Notes: a model not told the origin generated them from the sequence alone. DNA of 64,000 bases from Sminthopsis crassicaudata (GCF_048593235.1 NC_133620.1:372091261-372155260); one strand, 5' to 3'; counted from the stretch's first letter, positions 12,801 to 26,302 are shown. Program-made: numbers and translations.

Positions 12801-15800
12801 TTATTAGGCTTTGGCTGTCTCAAATGCAAAGTATTTACATGATCTGATTCTAATAAAGTAATTTCATTACAATAAAGATCTAACAATATGACCAGTACAA
12901 AAATGGAACTGATTACACCATAAGGTGGTAAACTGCCTATTACTATAGGTGTTTAAAAAGGGACTGAATAATCAACTGTCAATATAGTGGACAGAGAAGA
13001 GAACTTAAAAGGGCTACATTCAAATCCCACTTCAGAAACTTACAAGTTGTGCAATTGTTTAACCTCTGAACTTGTTTCCTCAGCTGAGCACTTATTTTAT
13101 GGGGCTGTTGTGAGGACCCAATAAGATATATAAAGTCCTTTGCAAACCTTAAAGGGTTACATAAATGTGAACAACTATTATTAAGCTGTAGATTTTCACA
13201 AAAGCAACAGACTGAATTAAATGACCTTCAAGGTTCTTTTCCAATTTCTAAGATTCTATGATGCATTTTCATAGCCTCTATTTTAAGAGGTTTCAGTAAA
13301 AAATAAGAGCATCCAGAAAGACCTGAGTTTGAATTCTGCCTCAGACACTGTCCTAGTTGTTAATCTCTGTGTACTTCAGGTTCTTTATTTGTACAATAGC
13401 ATCTACCTCAGAGTTATTGTGAGGATGAAATAACATTTAAATCTCCTGCAAACCCTAAAGTTCTGCATAAATGCTAGTTATTATTGTTGTTGTTGTCGAT
13501 AAAAAAAAAGGGAAAAAAAAAGGGGGACATCTTAAACTTACCCAGAAGTGACAAGCCCTCAAGCCCACAATTATAGGTCCACTACTCATTTCCATACTCT
13601 CTCTTCTCTTTCTTCTTTACCTCCTTTCCCCCTCCCATCTTTCCCTTCTTCCTTTTTCTCTAATCCCAAACGTCCATCCTGGTTTAACTTGAGTATACCA
13701 CAAAGTATGCCCCTTCAGCCTACCTCTCTTTTAAAGACTTCAAACTATTCTGAGTACAGATTTCACACTTTACTGAAGAACTGTGCCCTCTATTTTCTAT
13801 TGTAACCCTGATATTCTCTAAAAATCTTCTCTAGTTTCCTTCAAATCTTACTAAAGTTCTACTTTCTGTAAGAAACCTTTTCCAGTTCTTCTTAATTAAG
13901 GGCCTCCCCTCCCACTTAGTTGTACACAGTCTATTGCATAGCCTCCCCCCATTAGATTATAAGCTCCTTAAGAGCAAGGACTGTTTTTTGCTTTCCTTTA
14001 CATCTCCAGAACCTAACACAGTGCCTGGCACATAGTACTTGCTTAATAAATAAATGCTTGTTGTTTGACTTAACTAATGCATTTTATCCTCTAGTGTGTC
14101 TACAACAGGATATTCAGAAAGTCAGCAAAGATGGGAGAACTAAACTAGTATAGAAACAATGGATGCCCCAAATGCCCCAGTTCTCAGCCCCATGTGATTT
14201 GAGGCCTCTGCATCAAATATTCTGCTTTGAATAGTGCATGAATTCTGTGCTATTCAACAGGAGACAACTTTCAAGAAATAGGAAACCCCCCCAAACAATA
14301 GGCACAATCCATAGCAAGTATTACCTCTATACACCAAAATTTAATAGGAGATCCTTATTGTCTTGAATAAGGGGAAAAGGAAGAAGGACAATCAAGAAAC
14401 ATTTTGTCATTAGAAGCAATGACTTTGGTTCTTTTACCACTGCTGTCTCTCCAAAATTCTTCAATTTCTGCTCTGGGAAAACAGGGAAGATTCACTGATA
14501 GTTGGCCTCAGATGAGAGATTGGTAGGCTCTCCAAGAGTGTTGATAATCATGAGTATGATTGAAAGCTCACATTTCTATTTTGTTTTCAAGATTAATAAA
14601 ACATATTCTTCACAACCCTAAGAAGTAGGAAAGTATTATGTAATATTAGCCCTATTTTACAGACGAGGCTATCTCTCTTTAACTGGAATGCCCTTTCTTT
14701 TAAAATCTCTAGATTCTTTCAAAGTTCTGCTCAAATATCATCTTATCCCCACAGCTTTTCCTGACTATCCTCTAGAAACTATTTACTTCATACATGGTTG
14801 GTGTCTCTGGGTATAGACAGATAAATAAGATTAGATACACACAGTATTTTCTTGAAAAGAGTATCAATTCCTTAAGATTGGGAACTGTTATTTTTTATCT
14901 TTAGTATCATTAATTCCAGGCACACAGTAGGTGTTTAATAAATGCTGAATGACTTCTTCAAGGCTTTTGGAGATAGCTTTATTATTTGTACTCAACCATT
15001 TATGCTTATTAGACAGAGTTCTATGGATGCTTTATCCAATTCACCAATATTCCCTGAAGTCTTCAGATTTTCTGTGCCAAGGCCACATATACAAGTCATC
15101 TTAATGAATAGTTGGCATTTTGTTTTCTCCCCAAAGGAGCAATGCAAAGATAAAAGATGTTATCGCAATAGGATTTGAGGCACATATTTTGGTTTCCATT
15201 TGATACAGTGAAAAGAAATAGGCCCTTAGTTCAATGAGAAAATCAACAAAATTTTTAAAAATACTTTCTAAAAAGGAAACTTCTAACAAAATCTCAATAC
15301 ACTATACTGAAGTTTATATTACATTCCACTATCTGAATTATACAATGATCAAAGAATTACAACAAAATGTAAGTTGATACTAAGAGAAGTCACCCTAACC
15401 ATTTAAAACTCTCATAGGAGACTAAGTAGCCTTACTATCCCAGGAAAGCTTATACCATTTGACAGTAACAAAATGATGGGGTTTCATTTCTTTTGATTCA
15501 CACAGAAATGACAAGATAGTTAGGAAATTGTGCCTAAGATTACATTCTACCCCTTTGTAAAAAAGCTTACAATGTCTCCTTATAGAACTCCCATGGAGAT
15601 GCAAACTGCTAGGTAAAAGTACTTTGAAAATTGAGAGTGACAAACACCAAAAAGTGAAAAGTATAACTTTTAAAAAAGGACAGAAGCAGATTTGCCAACT
15701 AATAACAGATGAGTCTTAGGATAGAAAATGCCTTCTGCATCCAGAGAGAGAACTATGAAGACTGAATATGGTTTGGAGAATACTATTTTCACCTTTTTGT

Positions 15801-18045
15801 GTTGATCGTTTGCTTCTTCCTCCTCACAGGTTTTTCCTTTTGTTCTGATTTTTCTTTCACAACATGACCAATGCGAAAATGTTTAAAATTATTATAAAGG
15901 TATAACCTACCACTACATTGTTTGCTGTGTGGGGAGGGAGAAGGTAAGGAGGAAAAAAAATTTGAAACTCAAAATCTTATCCCCAATAATGTTGAAAATT
16001 ATTTTTACATGTAATTGAAAAAACAAAATATACTGAAATTAAAAAAAAAAAAAAGATGAGTCTATTTATAATTATATCACCTTGAACTTTAAAGCTTAAA
16101 TCAAAGTCTTCCCTCCCTTCAATTCCCAGATCTAACTACTTCCAAGGGGCAAAATAATGGGTAGACAATGTAGTTCTTGGTCATCACAGTGGGCTACTAA
16201 CATGTCTCCGGAAATGAAAGGTTTGTTGTTCCTGGCCCAGGCACTTAAGTTCACTCACAAAGTTGAAACCTTACTCTCTGGCTCCAATGTGTCAGATGCA
16301 AGAAGGTGGGGCAGAAGCTCAGTTACAGCTGGCCCTCTGGGAACTCATGGAGAATGGCGGCCAGGCAAAGCCAAGCCTGCTTCACATGCCCTCAAAAAAT
16401 ACATAGGGTAAATTGGCAGCTCCAGTCCCAAAACAGCTTTTAAAAGTGGCTAAATGTTTCAATACTCATATACAAACTATTCTAGAAAACCAACCTGCAA
16501 AAAGCTTCCAGTTTCCTCATTTTAGGACATTTAAGAATCTAGCCTGATAAAGAAGTAAAATTATAGTATTCTATAATTTGATGTGTCCTCAAGGGGTCTG
16601 TTAAAATGGTATTTCATTATGTTTTTCATATCACAGCATAAATCTAATAGATGATTGGGGAATTGTACACCTACTGATCAAAATAGGTATAGACAGAATA
16701 GGCCCTTAAAAAGACTGCCCATGCCTGTGATGAAGGGAGAAATCACAGGAAAAGACAAAGAAAAGATGACCAAAAAGAGGAAGAAGCTAACAAAAAGCCT
16801 TACTTGCCTATGTTCCTCTAGTCTACTTCAGCCAGAAATTAGAATGGTCAAAGTTTTGATCTCACAATCACTGTATTTTACTTTTACGATCATAAACTCT
16901 AAATCCTTTATCTGATCATAATCTATTATCTCTCATGCCTCATTTCTCCAAAACCTAGTGGTCATCTGAAACACTTTCAATTCCTCTACCCCCTCATTAT
17001 TTTCCCAGGCCATCACTGGCCTCCATATTCCCTTGAATGGATTCCCTTATGCCTAGAAATGTATTTCCTCCTAGGTTTCTTCAAAACTCAAATCAAGTGC
17101 TATCTTCTATATGAAATCTTTTCTCATCAAGTTGTCATTATCTTTCCTCCTCTCTTTAATTACCTTACATTTATTTTGTTTAATGCTTAATTATGTTTGT
17201 ATCATCTCTTCCAACAGAATGTAAGTTTTTTAAGGGCAGGGACTTTTCATTTTTGTCTTTGGATCATCAGCTGCTGGCATATAAAAGGCACTTTTTTGAC
17301 CAATTATACAGAGCAGGAGCCATGGTCAGATTTGAGGGAAAAGTTCAGTTGAATGCAAAAGATGAAGGAGAGTTCATCAAGGCACACTAATATGAGATTT
17401 GATATATCAACATGTCAGACTGGAAAATATAAACTAAGTTAGTCTCTCTATATTTCCACCAGAGGGCTTACATATAAACCCACTAAAAAATAGCCATCTC
17501 TTTTCTTCCTAAATATGTTCTGATCATGAATGTGTGCCTACAACCTCTCCAGGTAACATTCCAACCTATTATGTTTTAAATAATCCTTATGTCTAATCTA
17601 AATTCAGAGGCAATTTTAACTTATTTCTCTAGAAACAAGTTCTACTTTCTCTTTAAAAATAAAGGTAGGAAGGAACAAGGAAGAAAGAAAAAAAAAATAA
17701 AGGTAGGAATTAATAAGCTTTAAGGGATTAAAAGCATTCTTATTTAAGCAACTTAGATAGAGGTAGTCTATCCACTAATTACCTAACAGAATCAAAATCT
17801 ATGAAATTCTACCTACTGATCAATTAGCTACCCCTGAAGAAAAGAAATGGGTCAGGAACATAGTGCTATCTTTTGCTTTCATAGTTTCCTCAGTTACTGC
17901 TGTCTATTACAGAAGCTTCCATAGTTAGCAAGTTTCCTCAGGATTTAGGATTTGGTCATTCACCCTCTTGAAAGCACAATCATGTGGTGTTAAATGATTT
18001 TGAAAAAGTCTACTAAGGTCTAAGAAACACTGAGATTGAGATGGA

Positions 18046-18119
18046 AACTTCTGATAAGCTGTATCAGTATAATGATAGGAATAACTTCTGATAAGCTGTA
18101 TCAGTATAATGATAGGAAT
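18046..18119. repeat. Perfect 2 x 37-bp tandem duplication
   Basis: AACTTCTGATAAGCTGTATCAGTATAATGATAGGAAT at 18046-18082 and 18083-18119. Confidence 0.97.
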
Positions 18120-19878
18120 ATAGAGAATTATTTTTTGTAGATGTGGGCAGTAATGAGAGTATCAGGATATTATTGGGACAGCACTAGGAACATACACACA
18201 CACAAACATAGAGCAAGTCTCCTACTAGATGAATAGAAGCTAAATAGGAATATGTTTACAAGGATGGAAGACAACAGAGAAAAAGGACATAACAATTCTA
18301 GAGCATATCTGATTCTTTTTACCAAAGTGGTAAACTACTTGACTCCATGGATTTTAGAAGTCATTAAAACCCAATAGCAGTACCCATGAAAACATCACAG
18401 AGAATAAACTGGGGGTGAAATCAAAGTCTGAATAACTGCCTTAGAACATAATCAATTCACAGATGCTTTCCCTGCAAAAACCAATCCTTTCAGATGGGGC
18501 AAAATTCCGTTATGCATCTTTTCCCAGGCTTAGCCAAAGCTGAGAAACTGCAACTTTGTGTGGCATTGTCTGATAGGTTGGATTTTTCCCGAGAAAGAGG
18601 TGGACAGCTTTACTCTGGGACTAGATTTATAGACAATCTGGGTGTGTGTCTCATTTTTTTTTTCCCTTTTCCCTCCAAACTGTCTCAGAAAACGTTTGGC
18701 TATTGTGCCTCATTATGGAATGATGTAGGGCTTTTAAGTACTTGCAAAGGGCCAGAAAAAAAAAAAATCTCCTCGGTCCCAGTTATGGCTCAAGTCTCTA
18801 TATTTCTCCAGTGGCTGATATAATCAACCAAAGCTAGTTTGGCTTTTCTCAATGAGCCAAAGCAACAAGAGCTTTCTGAGCTTGAGAGCAGTGGGGCTGC
18901 TTGTCAGTATGACTCCCAATGGGGTGGCTAACATGGAGTATGCTTCAGAGTCTGGAAACCAGGACAACACAGCTGCTGCTCCCCTACACACATACACACA
19001 CACGCACGCACACACACACCTCTACCTACCTCTAGCTGGGGGGAGGGGATATCAGTAAATTGAAACAAAAGTTTCTGATTTACATCTGGAATATTACTGC
19101 TCCAATGGCTGACTGGCCTGTCCTCTCTCTAACCCTTTCCCAAAATCCATGAAGAAGCTCTACTATTTGACACTATTAAGAACACCTCTCCAACCCTGCT
19201 GTTCCTGAACCAAAATCCAACCTGGAGGCCCAACCCATCTGCTAGCAAAAAAAAAAAAAAAAATTGGGAACTTTGCCCAAAAATTGCACACAAGCTTCTA
19301 AGTGTGATTTAAGATTGAGAAGTTCAGAAGAGTAAATTCTCCACACCCCCTTACCTGCTACTGCAGCCCCCACCCACCCATAACCCCAGGCAAAATGGAG
19401 CCTTGAGTCACTGGCTAAAAGCTCAGGTCCAAATCACTGGTCAAGGAGTTTGATTAACATTGTTCCCAGGCAAATATTAGAATGTAGATTTTATTCAGCC
19501 TGGCTCTAAACAGGAAGTTAACACACACCACACATAAACCACAGTGTCATGAAGATGGATGCTGCTGTCAGCTTTGAGTCATTCTCTCCTTACAGACATA
19601 ATTTTCAGGAGAGGTCTGGAGCAGGGCAAAGGTCCATCAACCTTACCTCCTCCTTTGGAATTGAAACATTGAGCTCACTGGGGCAGTTTTCTGGTCCCTG
19701 ATTTCCAGTACCTGTCCCCAGACAGCAGTCAGTCAAAACCAGCATTTATAAAGCACTTAATATGTGCCAAATACTTTGCTAAGCTAGGGATATAAAGAAA
19801 GGGAGGATGTCCCTGTCCTCAAGAAACTTACATTCTAATAAATGGCACCTAAATATTATCACTGCTACTGGACTATAA

Positions 19879-19880
<2 letters not shown>

Positions 19881-19926
<46 letters not shown>
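19881..19926. repeat. (AC)23 microsatellite
   Basis: Direct reading; followed by a short (TC)n. Confidence 0.97.
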
Positions 19927-19928
<2 letters not shown>

Positions 19929-21741
19929 TCTCTCTCTCTGCCCCATTCCTCTATTCTAAACAATACCTCCCTGGGCAATTCCCAACAACATTTTCTACTC
20001 ACACGGAATAGTCTTAAGAAAGGGCTACCCAAGTTTAGCACATATTAAGTGCTTACTAAATGTTTATTGATTGGTTGATACTCTAAACTAATCACTTAGG
20101 CTCCAAATAGTAGGCTGAGTTCACACAACAGAAAGAAAAAAAAAACTATTTCAAATGCAATTCTGGGACACACCTCCAGAAGCAGCTTCTTTTTCAACTG
20201 AGATGATTGAAGTACTAATTTCAAGCAATGATCTTCCTCAGTAAGCAAGACCAAGTTCAGCACCAGAAGGAAGAAATCAAATCAATGTCAAGCCTTAGAA
20301 AAAGTTCTGGATTTATAGCAATAAGAGTATCAGTTGAGTTCAAACTTCCAAGCAAGTTAACCATAAGGGAATTCCCTTACACAAACACTATTTCTGTCAA
20401 AATTAGTCAGAAATCATTAGTAATTAGTCACTATCAATAAAGTCATCAGCTCCCCTTTTCTCCAACACACTGTTGTACTGGTGTTACAACTTTTCTCCAC
20501 CAATTATAGATCCCTTATGTACATTTCCCCCTGAGGACACCAGTCTTCTCTACTTCAGGTTGCTCCATAAGTCAAGATCCCTCAAAGAAAAAGAAAGAAA
20601 AAATCCTCTACTAGTAGACAGGAAGCCAGTTTTCAGGAGACTGTCTGGTTCCCCAGAGATGACAGCAGAGGAAAAGGAGGATGGCTCAGCTAGCCTCCAC
20701 ATGCCACCCACCATCACGCCTCCATCCTCACCTCAGTGCCAGCCCTAAGAGCTGACATCTTGTGGTTGGAGAGAAGTTGCTATCTGAGGGAGATCAAAAA
20801 GCTACAGCACCTCCAGGGAAAAGGAGGGCTACCCCACGGTAAGACAGGAGAAGGTACTTATGCTCAGCCAGGGGTGCACAATTACATGATCTATATGTAA
20901 TTGAAGAACGGAGAAAAAGTATCATTAAGATCCAGGTTGCCTTTTGCGGGGGCAGGGGAGTGTAGTGGGGAGCAGTAAGAGAATGGGAAGGGTGGAGATC
21001 CACTGTGCCTGGGCCTGGGTTACTGTGCAGAAAGGTTAACTAGCAGGCAGAAAAGAAACAGATTATCTCCCCGATTCGGGTGTGTGTGTGTGGGGGTGAG
21101 ATATATGAATAAAGGGTCGCTGAGGCCTCTCCTGATCGAAAACCCCTTGCCTAAATGCAGATAAGCCATTCGCTGGGACCCCCACCCTTAAAAGCGTCTT
21201 ACCGGTTCCATCCACCCGGCACACACACACTACCGAAAGGAGGGGCGCCCCCTTTTCCCCAGGGAGAAACTGGGGTTAGGAAGGTTTTTTGAAAATGGGG
21301 CTGCGCGAGGCAGGAAAGGGGGAAGAGAGCGGCGGGCGTGAGGCGCCGAGGGAAGCAGGGGAGGGGGGAGGGAGAGACGGGGCGCGAGGTTGGGGGGAGG
21401 GGGAGTAAGAGGAGAAGGAATGAGGGGGCGCGAGCCCGGGGACGCGCGGGAATGAAGTGAAAGACGGGGGCGCGCGGGGAGGGGAGGTGGGGCGGGAGAG
21501 CGCGGTGAAGCGGGGGTGCGAGACCGGGAGACTGGGGGAGCTAGGCAGAGGTGAGGTGGGAGAAAGGGGGCGCGAGGCGGGGGCGCGCGGTCGGGCGTCG
21601 GCTCGAGGCCGCTTCCCCTCCCCCCCAGCTCATCCACCTATCCCTTACCCCTCCCCCTCCTCGGCTTCACTCCCTCCCCTCCTCCCTCCCTCCCCTTCTT
21701 CACCGCCCCCGGGCGGGCTGGCCTAGGCCGCGGCTCCTTAC

Positions 21742-21910
21742 CTGGCGGTGGCGGCGGAACTCCCGGCTTGGTCCGTCTCCTCAAGAGGCAACGGAGGCGG
21801 CGAAAAAAGAAAAGGCGGCGGCAGTATGGACTCCAGGCCCCCGCTTTCGGGGCCGGGGAGAGGGAAAGGGGAAAAGAGAGGGCGGGCCGGGCCGAGCCGA
21901 GCCGGGCCGG
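21742..21910 (-). other. GATAD2B: Probable non-coding first exon of GATAD2B (5' end lost in gap)
   Basis: Inside the CpG island; ends ...GCCACCGCCAG|GTAAGGAG; gene identity rests on synteny only, as no coding exon is in the window. Confidence 0.6.
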
Positions 21911-22039
21911 NNNNNNNNNNNNNNNNNNNNNNNNNNNNNNNNNNNNNNNNNNNNNNNNNNNNNNNNNNNNNNNNNNNNNNNNNNNNNNNNNNNNNNNNNN
22001 NNNNNNNNNNNNNNNNNNNNNNNNNNNNNNNNNNNNNNN
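21911..22039. other. Assembly gap (129 N)
   Basis: Run of N within the GC-rich promoter. Confidence 0.99.
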
Positions 22040-23961
22040 CTCCTTCACACGCCACGACGCCCATTGGTCTACCTACACTCAACGTCCTGCCCTCCTCTTC
22101 TCGAGCATGCCAATAGACGATAGGGTGCCCGAACTCGATCCTTCCCTCGGCCAGTAAGTGGCTAACGTAGTGGTGATTGATGTATATTTAGTCCAATAAG
22201 AAGTAGAAAAGGGGGATGGTCTAGCGGGGGCGCGTTAATGGGTACCTCAGCCAGCCCCAGACACATCCGGGTCTTCTGCTGCCTATTAAGTGTCGGGGGT
22301 CAAAAAATCGCTTCAGGCTGCAACTTTCCCTCAGAGACTTTTTGGTCCCCAGGCAGCCGCCGTACGCTGGTCACCCCCAAAACCGAGGTCCCCTTTGCCC
22401 CTTCATTCTATACACCTTAAGACTCCAGAATGAAAGAACTGCACAGAGCTCTGAGAAAGCCCAGAGTTGCTTCGACGCGGGGTGCTCTCGCGACCCAAGC
22501 TAGGCTCTCCCTGATGGAGCTTCCTTTAGGCCCCCGAGCCAGGCCTTGCCCCACCGGGGCGTGGCCAACCCCCCTCCCCGCCGCGGTAGCCTGGCTCTAG
22601 AGCTCGGCCAGGCCGCTGCCTCCCGCTGCGCCTTTTGTAGGCCTGGCGGAGGGAATTTGGAGGAAGGGGCAGCGCCGGCCTCAGGGTCTCCTCCCTAGCC
22701 TGATGAGGGATGCTGCCTTGCGTCCTCCTATCCCTGGAGTGGAGGAGACGAGCCCGGGCCTTTGGGAAGTCTGGGTGACATGGAAAGGGACAGCCCTGGT
22801 CTGCTGACCGCATTGGACGGGCCTCCCAAGATAGGGACGGAGGTGGGAGGGAGCTTTAGATAATCGAGACCCGGTGAGGAAACGGAGACAAACTGGAAGA
22901 CAGGATCCCATTAAAGCCGGGTGGGGCCGGACAGCTTGTCTAGCTCCGTATTTCTCTCCCCTTGGTTAGTCTTGCTTTTAATGAACTAACACACAATGGA
23001 ACAAGCCAGACTGCAACTTGGATTTGTTTCTTACAGGAGGCTTAAAACTGGCCGGGATGCGTGCAAACAATTCAGTCCTTGATCGACACCTACTGTATAC
23101 AAAACCCTGGCCATACTTTAAAGACTTGAGTGTAAACAGACTCTACCTTTCACAAGCTTACTGGTCATCTAACTTGATCCTTTTAAATAATGAGGGAGCG
23201 AATCGAAAATTTGTGGCCAGATCGTATGGGTAGTAAGTGGCAAAGACAGGGTGAGGATTCAAATCTAGCTTTCACTCCAAATTCAGCACCTTTTTCACTT
23301 TAACATCACTTGTCTTGGATTTTTTTTTTTTTTAATTCTCTTCAGATTGAAACCTCGCACAACCAACTCCTTTTGATGCAGTTCTTGAACCTGGAATTTC
23401 ATGTTTTCATTGTTCTGTCATTCAGTCTGGTCAGACAGTTCCTACATGGACCAAACAGTGCATTGGGATTTTCCTGACAATGATACTGGTTTGCCAAAGC
23501 AAACAAGTCAATGGCCCTGGATCACATAGCTAGTAAGTGTCCAAGGTCAGATTTGAACTCAGGATTTCCGGATGCCAGAGCCAGGCATTCTCTCCAGGAA
23601 GCCTCCTAGCTGCCGTGGAATTCTATATGTAGCCCCATAAAGGAGCTAACTGGTGCTGGAAGCCTTTCCCGCGCCTCCCCCCCCTTTTTTTTTAATACTT
23701 CATGGAAATCTGTGCAGCTAGAATTGTTACAGATAAAATAAGGAAAAGGCAAGGTGGTCGAGTAGTTAAAGATGACCCTGCCAAGAACTCCTTGTCTTTT
23801 TTTTTTTTTTTCAGAACATTCTTGTATTGATTCTAGCTGCCTCAGCTTCCACTCATTCCTAACTTCCATTGGTATTATTTTCTCCACCACCACCCCCTCA
23901 ATTTTGTTGTTGTTGTTTGTTTGTTTGTTGTTGTTTTTTTTCCTTCCTCTACAACTGTATA

Positions 23962-24180
23962 TGAGTGCAATGGATAGAGGACCTGGAGTCAAGAAGACTC
24001 ACCCTCCTGAGTTCAAATCCAACCTCAAACACTTCCCAGCTGTGTGACCCTGGGCAAGTCACTTAACCCTATTCCCCTCAGTTTCCTCATCTGTAAAAGG
24101 AACTAGGGAAGGAAAAGGCCAACCACTTCAGTACTTTACCAAGAAAGCCCCAAGGGACAGAACCACCACAACAATCAACA
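23962..24180 (+). mobile_element. MAR1-like marsupial CORE-SINE
   Basis: CORE plus MAR1-type tail (...CTAGGGAAGGAAAAGGCCAACCACTTCAGTACTTTACCAAGAAAGCCCC). Confidence 0.7.
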
Positions 24181-24229
24181 AAGGGAAAGTTCCATTAACT
24201 CCTTAAGGGCAGGAACTATCTTTTATCTC

Positions 24230-25708
24230 CTTTGGTAATCCCCAGCTTTAGTATTACAGGTGTCTAATAGGTGTTTAATAAATGTTGATTGATTGTTGGG
24301 AAGGGATTGTTTGAGAGACTGGGGCAGCCTTAGTGTGGAAGGCAAAAATTTAGCCTGGAGGCAAAGATAAGGTGAGAGGGGGAGGAAGGGGGAGGGGAGG
24401 GAAGGGAGGTGGGCCAGAGAGCACCTGCACTCAGTAAATAAGGGAAAGTCAGTGAAAATGCCTGGAGTCAGAAGATGAGATGAGAGGAGAGAATTTAGGA
24501 TTCAAAAATTTTTTAAATGTTTAAACATTTTTACATGTAAATTGGGAAATATTTAATGAATTAAAATATATTTTAAAAAATTAATGTTGAAAGATTTTAT
24601 CTATAATTGGGAAATATTTATTTGAAATAAAAAATTTAAATAAAAGAAAAATAAGATGGAGATGAAGTATTTTGTTCCAAGAACAGCAAAGATCCAGTGT
24701 CCCTGGGGGAAGGGGAAATTGGTAACATATAAGTAGACTGAAAAAAATAAGGGAGGTCCCCAGAGTCAAGTTTTTGAATGCTAGAGTTTTTCATAATTGG
24801 TCCTGGAAATGAGAGGGAACCACTGGAGTTTATTTGGGGAAAGAAGGTGTGTGATATGGTGGGACCAGCGCTTTAGGGAAATTACTTAGGTGGCTGAATG
24901 GATACACTGAAGTGAGTTGACAAGATGAGGGTCATCAGGGTAGAGACAGTATCACAGGAAGAAAAGAGCATATTTGAGAGATGTTACAAAAGAAATTGGA
25001 TGTGGGATGAGGAAGGGAGAATGATTTGAGAGATTGAGGAATCAAGGATGACTTCTAAATAGTGACCCTGGAGGACCAGGTGAATAGTGATGCTCTAGAT
25101 AGAAATAGGGAAGTTTGAGGAGAAAATATGAGTTCAGTTTTGGATATGTTGAGTTTGAAATTTCACCAGGACATCTTGTTCAAGCTGTTACGGAGACAGT
25201 CCGAGATGTTAGATTGGAGGTAGGCTTTGAGAGACTGGATTTGAAAATCATTAGCGAAAATGATATTTACACACATATATTGTATCTAGGTTATATTGTA
25301 ACACATGTAAAATGTATGGGATTGCCTGTCATCGGGGGGGAGGGAGTGGAGGGAGAGGGATAATATTATAAAAAAAATTACTCAAGCATATGTACTGTGG
25401 AAAAAAATTCTAAAGAAAAAAAAAGAAAGAAAATCATTAGCACAGAGACAATCTTGGAATCTCATTGAAGCTGATGAAATCACTGAGGTTTGTAAATGCC
25501 CAAGGTAAGCAGGCATGACCTGGTGAAGACTCAGCAAAGGAGCCAGATTGTAGGAAGAAAACCAGATGAGAATAATGTTCCCCAAACCTAGAGATTAGGA
25601 TATTAAGGAAAAGCAGTTTATTAACTGTGTCGATGGCTACAGAGAGATCTAGAAGATTGAGAATTGAGAAGAAGCCATTGAGTTGGCAAAGAGGAGGTCA
25701 CTGGTAGG
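24230..25708 (-). mobile_element. Degenerate L2 tract hosting younger L1 fragments
   Basis: Antisense L2-like motifs (GAGTTCAGTTTTGGATATGTTGAGTTTGAAAT; GAGGTCACTGGTA); continues in pieces to about 27720. Confidence 0.55.
25256..25428 (+). mobile_element. 173-bp 5'-truncated L1 3' end
   Basis: Matches the 3'UTR of the 2758 and 28587 copies; 13-bp TSD GAAAATCATTAGC at 25243-25255 and 25429-25441. Confidence 0.88.
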
Positions 25709-26135
25709 TTTTTTTTTTTTAATAGTTTTTTATTGACAGAACATATGCATGGGTAATTTTTCAACATTGTCCCTTGCACTCACTTCTGTTCCAACTTTTC
25801 CCTTCCCTCCCTTATACCCTTCCCTAGATAACAGGCAGTCTTATACATGTTAAATATGTTACAGTATATCCTAGATACAATGTATGTGTGCAGAACCATA
25901 CAGTTCTCTTGTTGCACAAGAAAAATCGGATTCAGAAAGTAAAAATAACTTGGGAAGAAAAACAAAAATACAAGTAGTCCACATTTATTTCCCAGTGTTC
26001 TTTCTTTGGGTGGTTCTCTTCATCATTGATCAATTGGAACTGAATTGGATCTTTTCATTGCCGAAGATACCCACTTCCATCAGAACTGATCCTTATATAG
26101 TATTGTTGTTGAAGTGTATAATGATCTACTTGTTC
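25709..26135 (-). mobile_element. 5'-truncated L1 3' fragment (same type as 2385-3345)
   Basis: Poly-T, then antisense 3'UTR and ORF2 terminus. Confidence 0.85.
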
Positions 26136-26302
26136 AGATAGTTTTGAAGAGATAAGTTTTGTTTGAATAATGAGGCAGAAGCCAAACTGTAGTTAAGAAT
26201 GAGAGGAGAGGAAGGCATCTCTTGTTGAAAGTTTTTTCTAGGAATTTAGACACAAAAGGCAGGAGAGATAGGGACTGATAAGCTAAATATCCCCAGTTCT
26301 TT

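Larger units (their letters stand above)
1..21741 (-). other. GATAD2B: Probable GATAD2B intron 1 (partial; continues beyond the window)
   Basis: Begins at the CAG|GTAAG donor at 21742/21741 on the minus strand; repeat-rich with no credible coding exon; position downstream of DENND4B on the same strand matches the mammalian gene order. Confidence 0.65.
21200..22900. promoter_or_regulatory. CpG island / promoter (probable GATAD2B) with several CCAAT boxes
   Basis: Very high GC and CpG; CCATTGG near 22061, CCAAT near 22109 and 22193; gap at the likely TSS. Confidence 0.8.

Noticed and set aside
16150-20950. Unique, moderately GC-rich islands in the long intron (about 16150-16420, 18480-19700, 20560-20950) as enhancers or snoRNA-like genes
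   Set aside because: I found no C/D or H/ACA structure, and enhancer status needs conservation or chromatin data.
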